Source of the DNA: Octopus vulgaris
Taxonomy: Eukaryota
DNA length: 64,000 nt
Direction: 5' to 3'
Assembly (NCBI GenBank): GCA_951406725.2
Contig: OX597816.1
Location: 130,758,001-130,822,000 of the forward strand
The notes under the pieces: model-generated
The model's input: the letters and a program-made list of their open reading frames with translations, nothing else
Told to the model about the DNA's origin: nothing
Database searches by the model: none
Program-made: the position numbers and the translations under genes
In this document: in pieces, positions 40,838 through 55,544 of the stretch
How the letters are laid out: each line of letters starts with the position of its first letter
How positions within the stretch are numbered: position 1 is the stretch's first letter

Positions 40838-41264
40838 CCGAGTAGATTGGTATAGCGTGAAATGAAGCGCCTAAGTCAAGGACGCAGAAATTGAATCCAT
40901 AGCATTATGATTTGTATGTAAGTGCCAACACACGAAACTCATGGCTGCTGAGTCACCAAACCTACACTCACTCACATACACACATACACACATACGCTTA
41001 CATATACGCATACATGTGTGTGTGTGAGTGTGTGTATTTCTATAAGTATATATATATAAATGTTTTGTAATATATTTGTTATACGTGCGTGTACGCGACG
41101 TGTGTGTTCGGAAAAAGAATCCAAAAGAATAAGCGCCAGACTTTAAAACTGAGTAGTGGTGTCGATTTGTTCGACTAAACCCTTTAAGGTGGTGCCGTAG
41201 CATGGCCTCAGTCCAGTGACTGAAGCAAATACTACACACACATACACACACACAGTAATTTACT

Positions 41265-41610
41265 CTATTGTTTCTCGGAGTTTCAGGCGCCTATACTGGT
41301 TATACACGATTAATTGTGGAAAATGACGAGAGTTATTATCTCCATAGAGCGCTTCTCATGCCGTTTCCCATTGGTTAACACTGACCCAGTGATCAGGTGT
41401 GTTGCAGTTTACGTGGATGGTTGATTTAAATTGTTTGGATACTGTAATATAAAGGGAGACACGTCAAGGAGGAATACTCTGCGAAAGTTGCTACATCTAA
41501 TCTTACAGACTCTCAGCGACCCTTGACAAAAGTCACCTAATTCGCTAATATCAGCTGGTTGCTTGTTAAGCGATATTGCAAGCTACTTCAAGTTCTTTGA
41601 CTATTTAGAC
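41265..41610 (+). mobile_element. Possible decayed piggyBac-derived transposase remnant
   Basis: Fragments such as NISWLLVKRYCKLL and LFLGVSG resemble PGBD-type motifs. No intact ORF. Confidence 0.3.
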
Positions 41611-42268
41611 AGGCAAAGCCAACAATTACCCGTGAGAAAATGGATTAGATCTAGTGAGGATATTACATATTGTTAGATTACAATGTTCTTGTAATATATA
41701 GTAATTCATGGGCTGCAAGATTCTAGACAAATTATGAAAAAACAAAATGGAATTTCCCGTGTATTTTGATCTGAATGCGTGAAAATGTTGATTGTACCAA
41801 GACTTGAAACTGTTCATAGTTGAATCTGTACTATTCGTTGCCATGCTCTCTGCAAGCACTATAGTTGTTCTGCATTTGATTTCTATTGAGAGGCAGTCAA
41901 AAATAAAAGACCACGTTGACTGTCTCGTTATGTACTTCATACATTATCATTGTAGATAACAAGGTCAACTTCTGGAATTTTTTCCAGTAAAGAAAATTTG
42001 GAAATAGCTATTTCCGACCACCTCAATCACAAATTTAGATGCTTCACAGATTGGAGCAATGATTCTGCACTGCTGCCATCATAAAGTGATTCCTCGGCAG
42101 TAAAATCAATATATTTTGCAGTTTTATCGGATTTTACACTGCGGAACTTCTATACTTTTATGCCTTCTTAATGCCATGGATCATCTTATAACTGTATCTT
42201 ATAGCAGCTACAGCTGTAAGCTAATGAAATTCATAAGATAATCATCTATTCTATTGTCAATTCTCTTT

Positions 42269-42336
<68 letters not shown>

Positions 42337-42338
42337 TG

Positions 42339-42374
<36 letters not shown>

Positions 42375-42424
42375 TGTATGTATGTATGTATGTATGTATT
42401 CAGTTTATTATGGCTTGAGAGGCT

Positions 42425-42620
42425 CATTCCCTTTTAGTGCCTTATTACTTAACACACTCACCGGTTCCATTTCCACTCATTTATTTATTTATATAGTTAT
42501 TTCTAAAAATTTCGTTGCATCTTGCAACTTGTTCAATAGTCGTTACTATAAGTGAATAAGTAAATGAGTGGAAATCGAACCGGTGAGTGAGTTAGGTAAT
42601 AAGGCACTAAAAGTGAATGA
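42425..42620. repeat. Foldback inverted repeat (~70-bp arms, ~50-bp spacer)
   Basis: TCATTCCCTTTTAGTGCCTTATTACTTAACACACTCACCGGTTCCATTTCCACTCATTTA pairs with TAAATGAGTGGAAATCGAACCGGTGAGTGAGTTAGGTAATAAGGCACTAAAAGTGAATGA. Confidence 0.9.
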
Positions 42621-42704
42621 CTCTGCCCCAGACACAATAAAATAAAAGATGCTTCAACACACAAATTCACAAAAAGAAACTTGCACACCAAATGCAAAAA
42701 CGAA

Positions 42705-42800
<96 letters not shown>

Positions 42801-43189
42801 GCATAGATAAATCTTTGTCTGAAGACTGGGAAATGTTCTAATTGGATGATATTGATTTAAGGTTTTTAATATTTCCTTATTAGACTTCTATGTCTAGTTG
42901 AACATTATTCGACAAGTAAATCCAGTAGTTTTCGTGAATTCCTGAATTTAGGCATGTATATTTCTATAAGTAAAAAAAAAAGAGAAAAAAACAAAAAAAA
43001 AAAACAAACAAACGAAAAACCCCATCTTTACATATACTTTTCAATTTTGGGGGAATTCTATATACATTTATAATCACGCATTATTCACGCGCGCGAGCAC
43101 ACATGCACACACTCACACACACAAACAGAAGCGTGCATATATACCTCCAGGTATTAATATACACGCATATATATGCGCATATATATACA

Positions 43190-43288
<99 letters not shown>

Positions 43289-43307
43289 GTATATACATTC
43301 ATGTATA

Positions 43308-43353
<46 letters not shown>

Positions 43354-43463
43354 TACACACACATACATATATATATATGTATGTATCTGTATATATATAT
43401 ATATATAGATGTACATATGTATGTATATATATCTCCCTCCCTTTTTCTCTCTTTCTCCCCCCA

Positions 43464-43545
<82 letters not shown>

Positions 43546-44025
43546 GATAGATAGATATATTCATACATACATACATACATACATACATACATACATACAT
43601 ACATACATACATACATACATACATACATACATACATACATACATACATACATACATACATACATACATACATACATACATACATTGTAAGAGAGAAAGGG
43701 ATAGAGACAGATAGATAGACAGACAAACGGGAAGTTGAAAACAGAGAGAGATAAAAGACAGTGAGGGGAGAGGTTAAGAATTGAAGAGATCAAAGAAATA
43801 GAACTAAGCAATTTCGAAATAAGTAGAAGACACATAACTTTTGAGTAACGCCCAATTATATCCATTATATATATATATATATATATATATATGCATGTAT
43901 ACATATACTTACTACATACGTACTCGTTTGTGTGTGTGTATATATATATATATGTGTGTGTATGTGAGTGATATAGCTAGCTATTTGTTTAACTTTCCAT
44001 CTGACAATTTTATTTCTGTCTAGCT

Positions 44026-44099
<74 letters not shown>

Positions 44100-44204
44100 T
44101 GCACACACACGTGCGCACCGCGCACGCATACATATACACAAACACACATACATATATACATGCACTTATACATAAATATATATATTCATATTCTATGTAC
44201 ATAG

Positions 44205-44841
<637 letters not shown>

Positions 44842-44906
44842 AATCACATATATATATATATACCATATATATATATATATATATATGATCATTGATAAAA
44901 TTTTAT

Positions 44907-45308
44907 GAAGTAGCCAGCATGTAATAAACCAAAAGGTAAAAATTAACACAAAACATATAACTATATAAATATGATTATGGTAAGAGCACTAATGTGTAGC
45001 GCCACATGCTAGAAATAGACGCCAAATGGCTCTAAGACATTATTATTTATCACAAATTATTATTTATCACCCAAAATAATTTCGCAGTAAAGAAATTGGT
45101 TGAAGTGATTTATATTTATCTTTATAATAAAGAATAAAATATATATATGATTTAATCAAGTAGCCAACATGTAATAAACCATATAGTTAAAAATTAATAC
45201 AAAATATATAATTATACAAATAGTTCTTAGAGCAATTTGGCGTCTATTTTTAGCACGTGGTGCTACTCATTAGTGCCCTTACTATAATTATATTTATACA
45301 ATTATATA
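44907..45308. repeat. Direct plus inverted duplication carrying decayed hammerhead-like motifs
   Basis: 44907-44971 is repeated at 45158-45222, and 44957-45037 is inverted at 45225-45308. Confidence 0.8.
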
Positions 45309-45340
45309 TATAGATATATATGTATATATACATATGTGTA

Positions 45341-45392
<52 letters not shown>

Positions 45393-46190
45393 TACACACA
45401 CACACACATATATATATATGCATGTGAGTGTGTGTCTTTGTGTCTGCATTTATCCCCCAACACCACTTGACAATCGTTGTTGGTGTGCTTACGTCACCGT
45501 AATCACCGGTTCAGCAAAAGAGACCGATAGAATAAGTACTAGGACTTTAAAAAAATGTCCTGGCGTTGATTTTTCGCATATAATCCTTCAAAGCGGTGTC
45601 CCAGCATGGCCGCAGTGGAACGACTGAAACAAGTAAAAGAATAAAAGAAACACACTCATTTACACACACACACACACGCGCGCGCGCGCGCGCGGGCACG
45701 CACACAAATACGTTCTTACATACCTGCATATGTATATGCAGACGCACTTATATACAATACATACATTAGAATGTGAATAACTTGCCCATGTATTTTCCAT
45801 ATGCCGCGTTTACTCTAGTGCCGTGTGAAGTGTTTGAGCATGTAAAAATTTGGAAGCAATTAACAGTGTTTCTTTGAGACAAATCTCATTACAACTGTGT
45901 TCTCTTTTTCCTTTAATTTTCTAATTTCTCATATTTCTTTACCAATTCCTTAAGGATGCTATGAAACTTTGTGAATGTCTTTGTTACATCCAATTTCATT
46001 GAAATACAACGTGTCCAACACAGTGCTCAAAGGTGGAGAATTCGCACAGGCTGTATACCGTGTACAGAAATATGTAATTACACAGGCACACATACAAACA
46101 TACATCTCTGTATGCATGTAAGCTTATATAAGTGTACTTGTATGTGTTTGTGTGTATGTGTGTGTATGTGTGTGTGTGTATAAGTATATA

Positions 46191-46598
46191 TGTTAGTTAG
46201 TTAATTTTTGGCTCAAAAAGCAAAAAGCAAGGCCATGTAGGGGGACATGGAGTTATGTACAGGGTGGTGCTCATGTAAAGAGTTCAGGCCACTTGTGGTC
46301 AAGGGAGACTTTGAACCGAGCGGTCGTCGGCATCTTCACCATCTCGTCTGGCAGCTTATTCCACGGATCTGCAACCCGGACGGAGAAAGCCCCTCTCCTT
46401 CGATTGAGATGAAATCGTCGCAGATAGAGCTTTTCGGAGTGACCCCGCAGCCGACGCTCTGGAGCAGGAGTGAAGAACAGCTCTTTCGAAAGGTTACACT
46501 TTCCGCTTATGATGTTGTGAGCAAGAATGAGATCACCACGGCGTCGTCGTTTTTCTAGAGAATAAAGGTCGAGCGTCTTCAGCCTTTCTTCGTATGCA
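46191..46598 (-). mobile_element. CR1-like LINE 3' end
   Basis: YEERLKTLDLYSLEKRRRRGDLI...LRGHSEKL...FSVRVADPWNKLP, with a (TAAC)n tail. Confidence 0.92.
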
Positions 46599-46624
46599 TA
46601 TGTGTGTATTTTTTCTTTTCTTTT

Positions 46625-47050
46625 TTTATTTGTATCAGTCACTTGCTGTGACCATGCCGGAGTACCGCCTTTAGTCGAACAAATCGATCCCAGGACTTAT
46701 TCTTTGTAAGCCTAGTTCTTATCTTACCGGTCTCTTTTGCCGAAGCGCTAAGTTACGGGGACGTAAACACACCAACATCGGTTGTGAAGTGATGGTGGGG
46801 GGACAAGCACATACACACAAACATACATACATACATATACATACATACATATATACATACATATATATATACATACATCTATATATATATATACATACAT
46901 ACGTCGGGCTTCTTTCGGTTTCCGTCTAACAAATCCACTCACAAGGCTTTGGTCGGTCCGAGCGTATAGTAGAAGACACTTGCCCAAGTTGCCACGTAGT
47001 GGGACTGAACTCGGAACCATGTGGTTGGTAAGCAAGCTACTTACCATACA
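46625..47050 (-). mobile_element. SINE family B
   Basis: Head, internal microsatellite and tail. Confidence 0.85.
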
Positions 47051-47067
47051 CCCATATGTTTGTGTGC

Positions 47068-47104
<37 letters not shown>

Positions 47105-47472
47105 CCATGTAAACCATGAAGAGAGCACAACTGTCAGCCATGGGGTTGCTGGCCAGTTCCAGAATTGGAGCTTTTTCCTTACATTACTTTCCTCGTTCGT
47201 TCCTGATTACAGGGAACCATTGTTAACCTTGGAAAGATCTGCTTACTCACTGGAGGCGCTGCCGAATCTCTCCCCCATCAGAGTTTGATACACAAGTGAC
47301 CAATATCCCAAGCCACCCATGTGCAGATTAGCAATCGTATACTCTCAGCTGGTTTAACCTGTACGTTTTATTATTCCCCATGTATGCAGGACTATACATC
47401 CATGGGGTGTTGTTCATAGACTAGAATCCGAAAAGACCTCAGGTTTTAAACCAGAGTATCTTTCATCTAGAT

Positions 47473-47703
47473 CAGTCTTTCCCAACCAATTTTAACCAAT
47501 CGACCCATTTGATTCCCCTTTTACTCGGCTGGGCATCATAGCCATTCCATGTCTTAAATATCCTATTATACTTTTATAATTAAATATCGTTAGGAATTGT
47601 ATTTAAAACTTGTAAAAATATTTTGTATTATTGCAAGCAAATTTTAACAACAAAAATCTTGTATGAACTCAAGGGCCAAATACACCCCGGATGGCAACCA
47701 CTG
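47473..47703. mobile_element. hAT (Charlie-like) MITE
   Basis: CAGT...ACTG termini and a perfect 8-bp TSD ATCTAGAT at 47465-47472 and 47704-47711. Confidence 0.85.
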
Positions 47704-47845
47704 ATCTAGATCAATTTTCTAACGAGAGGACGGGTCCCTCGATCACAGGTGCTCTTGCGGTGACCTCGTTCAACATCACGCGTACATCATAGTTTCGGCG
47801 CAAATGCTAGATATTCGTGGCCCTTCTTGGATTTAGCTGACATTA

Positions 47846-47969
47846 TGAGGGGTGTATGAAAAGTTTTGAGCCTTCAGGGCCTTTGAGCCTTGAAGTCTTG
47901 TACATCAGAAGTCTTGTACCATGTGTTTTTTTTTTTTTTTTAGTCTCAAGAATTTTCATACATCCCTCG
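47846..47969. mobile_element. Mariner-derived MITE
   Basis: TIRs TGAGGGGTGTATGAAAAGTTTTGAG and CTCAAGAATTTTCATACATCCCTCG, with TA flanks. Confidence 0.8.
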
Positions 47970-48219
47970 TATAACAGGATTTTTTAAACTTTCTTTTCTT
48001 TTTTATCCAGCTGGATTGCTAGCAATCTTCTTCATCAAGCAAGTTTGATGGTGAAGCAGGTTTAATTGACGAGGGTCTTGACGATGCAAAATGTTATATC
48101 AGACTACATTTTATCAATAGTCGACGAGAGCAACCTCACATGATGCATACATACATTCAAACACAAGCACAAACACGCACTCACACACATCTCTCTCTTT
48201 CTTTTTCTATCTATCTATC

Positions 48220-48257
<38 letters not shown>

Positions 48258-48400
48258 CATACATACATACAAATATATTTACACACATATACTACAGACA
48301 TACACATACGTACATGCATGTGTGTGTGTGTGTGTGCGTGTGAGTACTCGCGTGTGTAACAGAGATACGTTTCGGGGAAAGAGGAGAAAAGGAGACAGGC

Positions 48401-48451
<51 letters not shown>

Positions 48452-48523
48452 AACTGACGGAAGCAGAGATAAAGAACGTAAATAATTTACGTATAAATTC
48501 CTTATATCACTTATAATTTAAGC

Positions 48524-48833
48524 ATACATATACTTACATGCGTACATACATGCATACATACATACATACATACATACATACATACATACATACATACATA
48601 CATACATACGTGCATACATACGTACATGCATACATGCATACATACATACATACATACATACATACATACATACATACATACATACATACATACATACGTA
48701 CATGCATACATACGTACATACATACATACATACGTACGTACGTACATGCATACATGCATACATACATACATACATACATACATACATACATACATACATA
48801 CATACATGCATACATACATACATACATACATAC
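48524..48833. repeat. (TACA)n microsatellite; similar tracts at 28682-28775, 43562-43682 and 58865-58940
   Basis: Direct inspection. Confidence 0.95.
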
Positions 48834-49089
48834 GCTTATACATGTTTACTTACTGACATACGTTCATATGTATCCAGAAGAACCATGATCAAAGATATTC
48901 TAACCGTGACCATCCATTCCTATTTGATTTTTTCCCCCTCTTCTGGCATGACGTGTCTACAATTACGTTATTCAAACTGCGTTTCTTTTCAAACGATTTC
49001 ATTGCAACCGCAAACATAGGGCAACCACTCGAAGCCCTTTGTTGGTTGAACTATGTATGTAAGCATGTCTGTGGGCCTTTATATATCCT

Positions 49090-49268
49090 TTTATTCTTTT
49101 ACTTGTTTCTTTCACTTGACTGCTGCCGAACGAATCGACCCCAAGACTTATTCTTTGTGAAACTAGTACCTATCCTGACGGTCTCTTTTGCTGAACACCT
49201 GGGTGACGGGGACATAAACACATCAACATCGGTTGTCAAACGATGATGGGGACAAAGACAGACATACA

Positions 49269-49311
<43 letters not shown>

Positions 49312-49472
49312 ACTACGGGCTTCTTTCAGTTTCCCTCTACTAAATCCACTCACAAGGCTTTGATCGGCCCGAAGCTATAGAAGAGGACACTTACCCAAGG
49401 TGCTACGCTGTGACTCTGGACCCGGAACCATGTGGTTAGGAAGCAAGCATCTTACCACACAGCCACGCCCGC
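49090..49472 (-). mobile_element. SINE family B
   Basis: Head and tail are both recognisable. Confidence 0.8.
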
Positions 49473-49701
49473 GATTATGTATATAATATATATATATATA
49501 TATATACACGTACATACATACACACACATATCCATATCTATCTATCTATATATATATATATATGTGCATACACACACACACACTCATACACACACATACA
49601 TGTATATATTTATCTAGTTTACTCTCCTCTGCGCTCACCCTTTCCCTCTCTCTCTTTCTCTCACAAAATCACCCTCTCTCCTTCCTTCCTCTCTCACTCA
49701 C

Positions 49702-49801
<100 letters not shown>

Positions 49802-49918
49802 CAAACATTATTTAAACATGAGTTATACGTATTCACAGAGACATACGTCTATATGGATGTATGTGTGCTTGTATACGGATTAACATATATATACACATAT
49901 ACATGCATGTACATATAT

Positions 49919-49963
<45 letters not shown>

Positions 49964-49978
49964 AATGTATATACACAT

Positions 49979-50059
<81 letters not shown>

Positions 50060-50290
50060 TATATACACATGACATTCCTTTAAAATATTTCAATATATCA
50101 AGTATGTGCTGCCAAAGAGAAACAAAAAGGTAATAATGTTGATACAAGTAGATATGTCATAACAATCAAGTGGACATCGGTGGTAGGAAAATGACATCAG
50201 TGGAATGATGTATACGGGCTAGCTATGTAGTCATCTTATACCTTTCATAGAGCTACGAAGCCTACACAACATACACATAGCCTTATATGG

Positions 50291-50332
<42 letters not shown>

Positions 50333-50784
50333 ACATATATATACACACGCAAATGCATACACACAGGCATACGCGTACAGACACACACACACACACGCAT
50401 AAAACATATTTATGTACAAGTATGCACTCGTATATGTAATGAGAAAGACATACATAAATTAATAACTTGTGCAGACACACGAACTAACACAGCTGGGTTT
50501 TTTTGTATACAAGTACACACATACACACGCATATGTATGTGTATGCATACATTGTGTACACACACACACACACACACACACTATATGCATTAACAAACAA
50601 ATAAGTGCAAATATACGTTAAATTCTTGCACTGGTTCCCGCCATCAACCTGTTAGCTATGTCAATACACGAGTATTGCCATATATCTATGTATATAAATA
50701 CATATATACATACATATATGTACATATATATATTTATGCATATGTATGTATGTATGTATGTATCTATCTATCTATCTATCTATA

Positions 50785-50817
<33 letters not shown>

Positions 50818-50830
50818 CTCTCTCTCTCTC

Positions 50831-50861
<31 letters not shown>

Positions 50862-50944
50862 TCATATATATATATATGTATGTATATTTTTTTAATAAAC
50901 GAACACGCTTATGTAATATATATCCATATCTATATCTATCTATC

Positions 50945-50984
<40 letters not shown>

Positions 50985-51335
50985 CCGATATATATGTGCA
51001 TATATATGTGCACGAGTGTGTATGTTGCAGATGTTACATAAATACACACAGGCGCGCGCGCATATTTGAGTATGTGTGTGTATGAGTTTTGGTTTGCAAT
51101 CCGTCGATACAACAAACGCCCACAAAGTGGCGGTTACACCTGTTCCATCACCTGAATAGTCTACTAAAGATCACAGGTAGGCCCAAATTATTAAGAGTGA
51201 AATCTTTCTTTTATGCAGACCATTACTATTACATAATCTCCCACTCTCTTTTGACAGTCAATCCGAAGCTGTAGTTGTGCTTCAATCTCGGTTCACCCCA
51301 GCTCAATTCCACCTATGAAGAAAAGCACACCTTTA

Positions 51336-51415
<80 letters not shown>

Positions 51416-51441
51416 CGTGTGTGTGCGTGTGTATATATATA

Positions 51442-51821
51442 CACTTGCGTCAGAAATTAATTAGCACTTCTCAAATTTCTACATTAAATAGGTTAAATCA
51501 ATTAACCTATGAGCTGTTCAAAACGTCTTACGCGATGAGAAAACTTAGTATGGTGTGATTTCGGTCCTTGCGAGGCGCTACCTATATCTATTAAACAAAG
51601 GAAGATTTGTCTGTATCCGCACTCCAAGTTGTTGTTGCACTGCTATGTCAACATCATAAGGCTGTAGACTCTCAAACTGCTCTGCAAACAAAGTTACGTC
51701 ATCGTTCTGCGCAACAGTGAACTCGCAACAAAGCAATAGTTCGAGATATGGCCACTAGGTGACAGCACATATCTTGAGTGAAGAGCAAATCAAGGGTGCT
51801 AATTAATTTCTGACGGTAGTG
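51442..51821. mobile_element. Tc1-like MITE
   Basis: 26-bp TIRs matching at 24 of 26 positions (CACTTGCGTCAGAAATTAATTAGCAC), with TA TSD. Confidence 0.88.
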
Positions 51822-51845
51822 TATATATATATGTATATATATTTG

Positions 51846-51880
<35 letters not shown>

Positions 51881-51968
51881 ATGTATATATATATAAAATG
51901 TGACCTCGTGTGTACCGTTGGCGATTTTTTCCTCTGTCTTCCCTTCTCTGGATCTTTCCTTCTCCTAT

Positions 51969-52003
51969 GTTTCCGACGAAGAGCTCCGTTCGAAACGTTA
52001 AAC
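51969..52003 (+). ncRNA. Minimal hammerhead-like motif within a ~200-bp repeat (51897-52096) in (TA)n
   Basis: GTTT-CCGACGA-A-GAGC-TCC-GTTC-GAAAC-GTT^AAAC, with palindromic AACGTT and a U4C core variant. Confidence 0.6.
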
Positions 52004-52091
52004 CCTCCTTCTTTCCTTAGCGTCCAATAATACTATATTTGTTCCACGTCCTCGCGTTGTTGTGTTTTTTTGTGCTTTCTTGTTTGGATTA

Positions 52092-52159
<68 letters not shown>

Positions 52160-52163
<4 letters not shown>

Positions 52164-52391
52164 GTTGCCCATAATTCATCTGACAGTAAATCAACATATT
52201 TTACTTCCAAGATTTGTTTATGTTTAACAACTGAATGAATGTAATAAAAGCATCTAAATATGAAACATCATGAAAATTGTTCAAACTGAACTCCTTGAGC
52301 GATACATTTTTCCATTCGAGTCAATACAGAATTACAGATTAGTATTTATGGAATTTTGATTTACCGTCGGTTGACTTTTAGCCAACCCTGT
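52160..52391. mobile_element. Tc1-like MITE
   Basis: Imperfect TIRs CAGAGTTGCCCATAATTCATCTGACAGTAAATC and GATTTACCGTCGGTTGACTTTTAGCCAACCCTG. Confidence 0.7.
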
Positions 52392-52414
52392 GTATACATA
52401 CATACATACATACA

Positions 52415-52518
<104 letters not shown>

Positions 52519-53217
52519 TTTATGTATATATATATAAATACATGAGTGGATAAATGTACGTGGATGTCCACGCACAAACACATACTAACCACAAACTCCA
52601 TATACGGCAGAATATATATATGACAAAATAGTATATTATAATAATAGTAACAACAACATAAACATAAATATATTTACAAGTATATGTTGTATTAGGTCCA
52701 GGCGAAAGGATGAACTTGAATGCGTTTCACGCATAAATTAACATATATAATTAAGTTCCACACACTTCGAACATATACTTGTATTAATAAATTATGCTTT
52801 TGTGCAACAAAATATTGGATAGTCGATTGAGAGAATTGTTAGAGCGTCGGTGTCATTCGCTGCCCTATGAATTCTGGTTTCTCAGTTACAATCCAGCCAA
52901 GATCTACTTTCTTTTCATCATTTTGTCGCCGTTAAAGTACGTAACAGCTACTGACATCGAATCCTATTACTGTTCAATTGGTCACTCAGAATCCGCTGTA
53001 ATGCCTCTTTATTCCAATATACCATGATAAACACTTCCACTCTGGTCAGCGAGACCTAACACGCTAATTCAATGGTAATTCAGTTTGATCGAACGGCCCA
53101 AACAAATAGTCACGGTCGAAAAATTCAAACCGAGATACCATCACACTCACACAAATACACACACATATACACACACATACATATGCATACATATACATAC
53201 GTATACACATATTTACA

Positions 53218-53438
53218 CGAGGGGTGGGGCTGAAAAGTTCCTAGCTTTAAGAGTATCACGAAAGGCTTGGTTTGAGACCCAAATTTCTAAGTTATTTTAC
53301 AGGGCTTAAAAAAACTGAAGGACCGCTGCAATAAATGTGTGAATCTGAGAGGGCAATATAGTGAATAAAATCATAATTAACTGCTCCTCCAGTATTTTCC
53401 TTTACCCAAAGCCAGGAGGTTTTCAGTAGCAGGATTCG
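53218..53438. mobile_element. Mariner-derived MITE
   Basis: Imperfect TIRs (GCTGAAAAGTTCCTAGCTTT and AAAGCCAGGAGGTTTTCAGT). It includes a remnant of a mariner C-terminus (LKDRCNKCVNLRGQYSE*). Confidence 0.7.
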
Positions 53439-53754
53439 TAGAATCTGGGTATTTCAACGTATCTGACGCTAAGAAATACTGGGTATCTGGCTTGCAATAT
53501 TCAGTTGTCGTTTGCTGGTTGCGTGCTGCGAGTACATACGTATACATCTATACGTCTGTCCGTATATATACAGATATATATACAAATATATACAAATATA
53601 TATGAAAACCCGATTCAATACAAAACTGTAGATCCAACCTAGGGGTGGTTCTAATTGAGAGTACAACAGTTTATCATAGTTTACTATGATCTATGCTAAA
53701 CTGAATAACACTATCTGGTTAACTATACCAGAACGCACTTCCACACACACACAC

Positions 53755-53852
<98 letters not shown>

Positions 53853-55077
53853 GACAGTTTGGAGTGTGATATATAATACATATCATTGTTCATTCGACCA
53901 GTGGGTTGTTATCGGGCGAAAGATAACCGGCTGTTAACAATTTGCTTTTGATTTCTTGGTGAAAGTTGTCATTTGTCCAGGTACCGTTTAAAGGTCATGT
54001 CATTTTCTCCCCTCACTTTGTTTCGGGATGGTGTTGACTTCAGTAGTGGAAGTGAAATAAAAACGTTGTGTCGTAAGGCAGTTACGTGCAATGAGTTCAG
54101 TTTTTGTAGGGGCATGTATTACCGGTTTCCAGCCTTAGGGAGGTTTTGAAGTTGATGCTACCAATATTAAATTTACTAACGTTTTAGTCATTGCATGTGT
54201 CTTCCTTTTATTCTTTTAATGGTTTCAGTCGTAGGACTGCGACCGTACTGGAGCACCGCCTTAACTTATTTTATATCAGTTATGTTGTAGCTTTATGGCA
54301 GGAAGCTGGTCTATGGTTAAGTTTGTCGAAGCTGATCTTCCCTGAGTGTATAATTGAATTCTTGACTAGTCTGGTATTGTCGTTAGGAATTTTTCCAATG
54401 TTTTTTTAATTTTTTTTTATGTTTCGTGACGGTCTCGAAACTGACTATATTTCGCGATAGGACAAATTAACCTCATTTTTAAATTTTTACACATAGTGAA
54501 CCAAACTTCCTCCAAATCACACCCTGAAGTCTTAATAAAAAAGAGTAAAATACACATTAGATAATATAGTACCAAATAACCTGAAACAAATAGGATGTTT
54601 GGCAGCTGAAAATGTCTTTGATCATAGTTCCTGCTTTTTCAGGGTTGACTTAGATCTGAAGAATAATATCAACAACGAAAGAAACATTAAAATTAAGTGT
54701 CCATTCGATCTGTTAGGAAATAACAACCAAATCTAATTCGAATTACATTCGAATTACACCATACCGTTTTAAGGAATAGCACAAAGGAAGGGCACATTGA
54801 ATAAAGTGTGCCTAGGTACACTATGAATGAATCGAATATGGTATGGTCATTAGTGGAAGGGATTGGATTGAGCTTAGGATTGTAGGAGTGTTTTGGACTT
54901 GATAGTTGTTTACACAAAATACACCCACATAAATATATACCCGCACATACAAACATGCACACACACACACACAAACACACACATGACTCTCTCGCCCCTC
55001 TCTATGTATGTGTGTATGTATGTCTATCTACCTCTATGTGTGTGTAGATAGATAGATAGCTAGCTAGCTATCTATCT

Positions 55078-55115
<38 letters not shown>

Positions 55116-55201
55116 TTATATAAGTGATAGAGAGTGAGCGAGATGTCACTATACCTACGTATGTACGTACGTGCATATATGCTTATGTATATGTGTGTGT
55201 C

Positions 55202-55251
<50 letters not shown>

Positions 55252-55323
55252 ATATATTTGTATATTATAAATATCTGAGAATATTTGTAGAACAAATAAT
55301 GGCTGGCTAGATAGCTAGCTAGC

Positions 55324-55416
<93 letters not shown>

Positions 55417-55544
55417 GTTTGGTCTCAGGTCAACGTTTCCACTTGTGACCAACCCTTTTGTGAGTAGTATGTAATTTATCGACCGCGGAAGAAGACACGG
55501 CAAGACTGCATTATAATTCATCCCTCATCCCTACCCATACTTCG

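Noticed and set aside
41626-41940. 104-aa minus-strand ORF upstream of Wnt7 exon 1
   Set aside because: No recognisable motif or signal peptide. It lies next to probable transposon debris.
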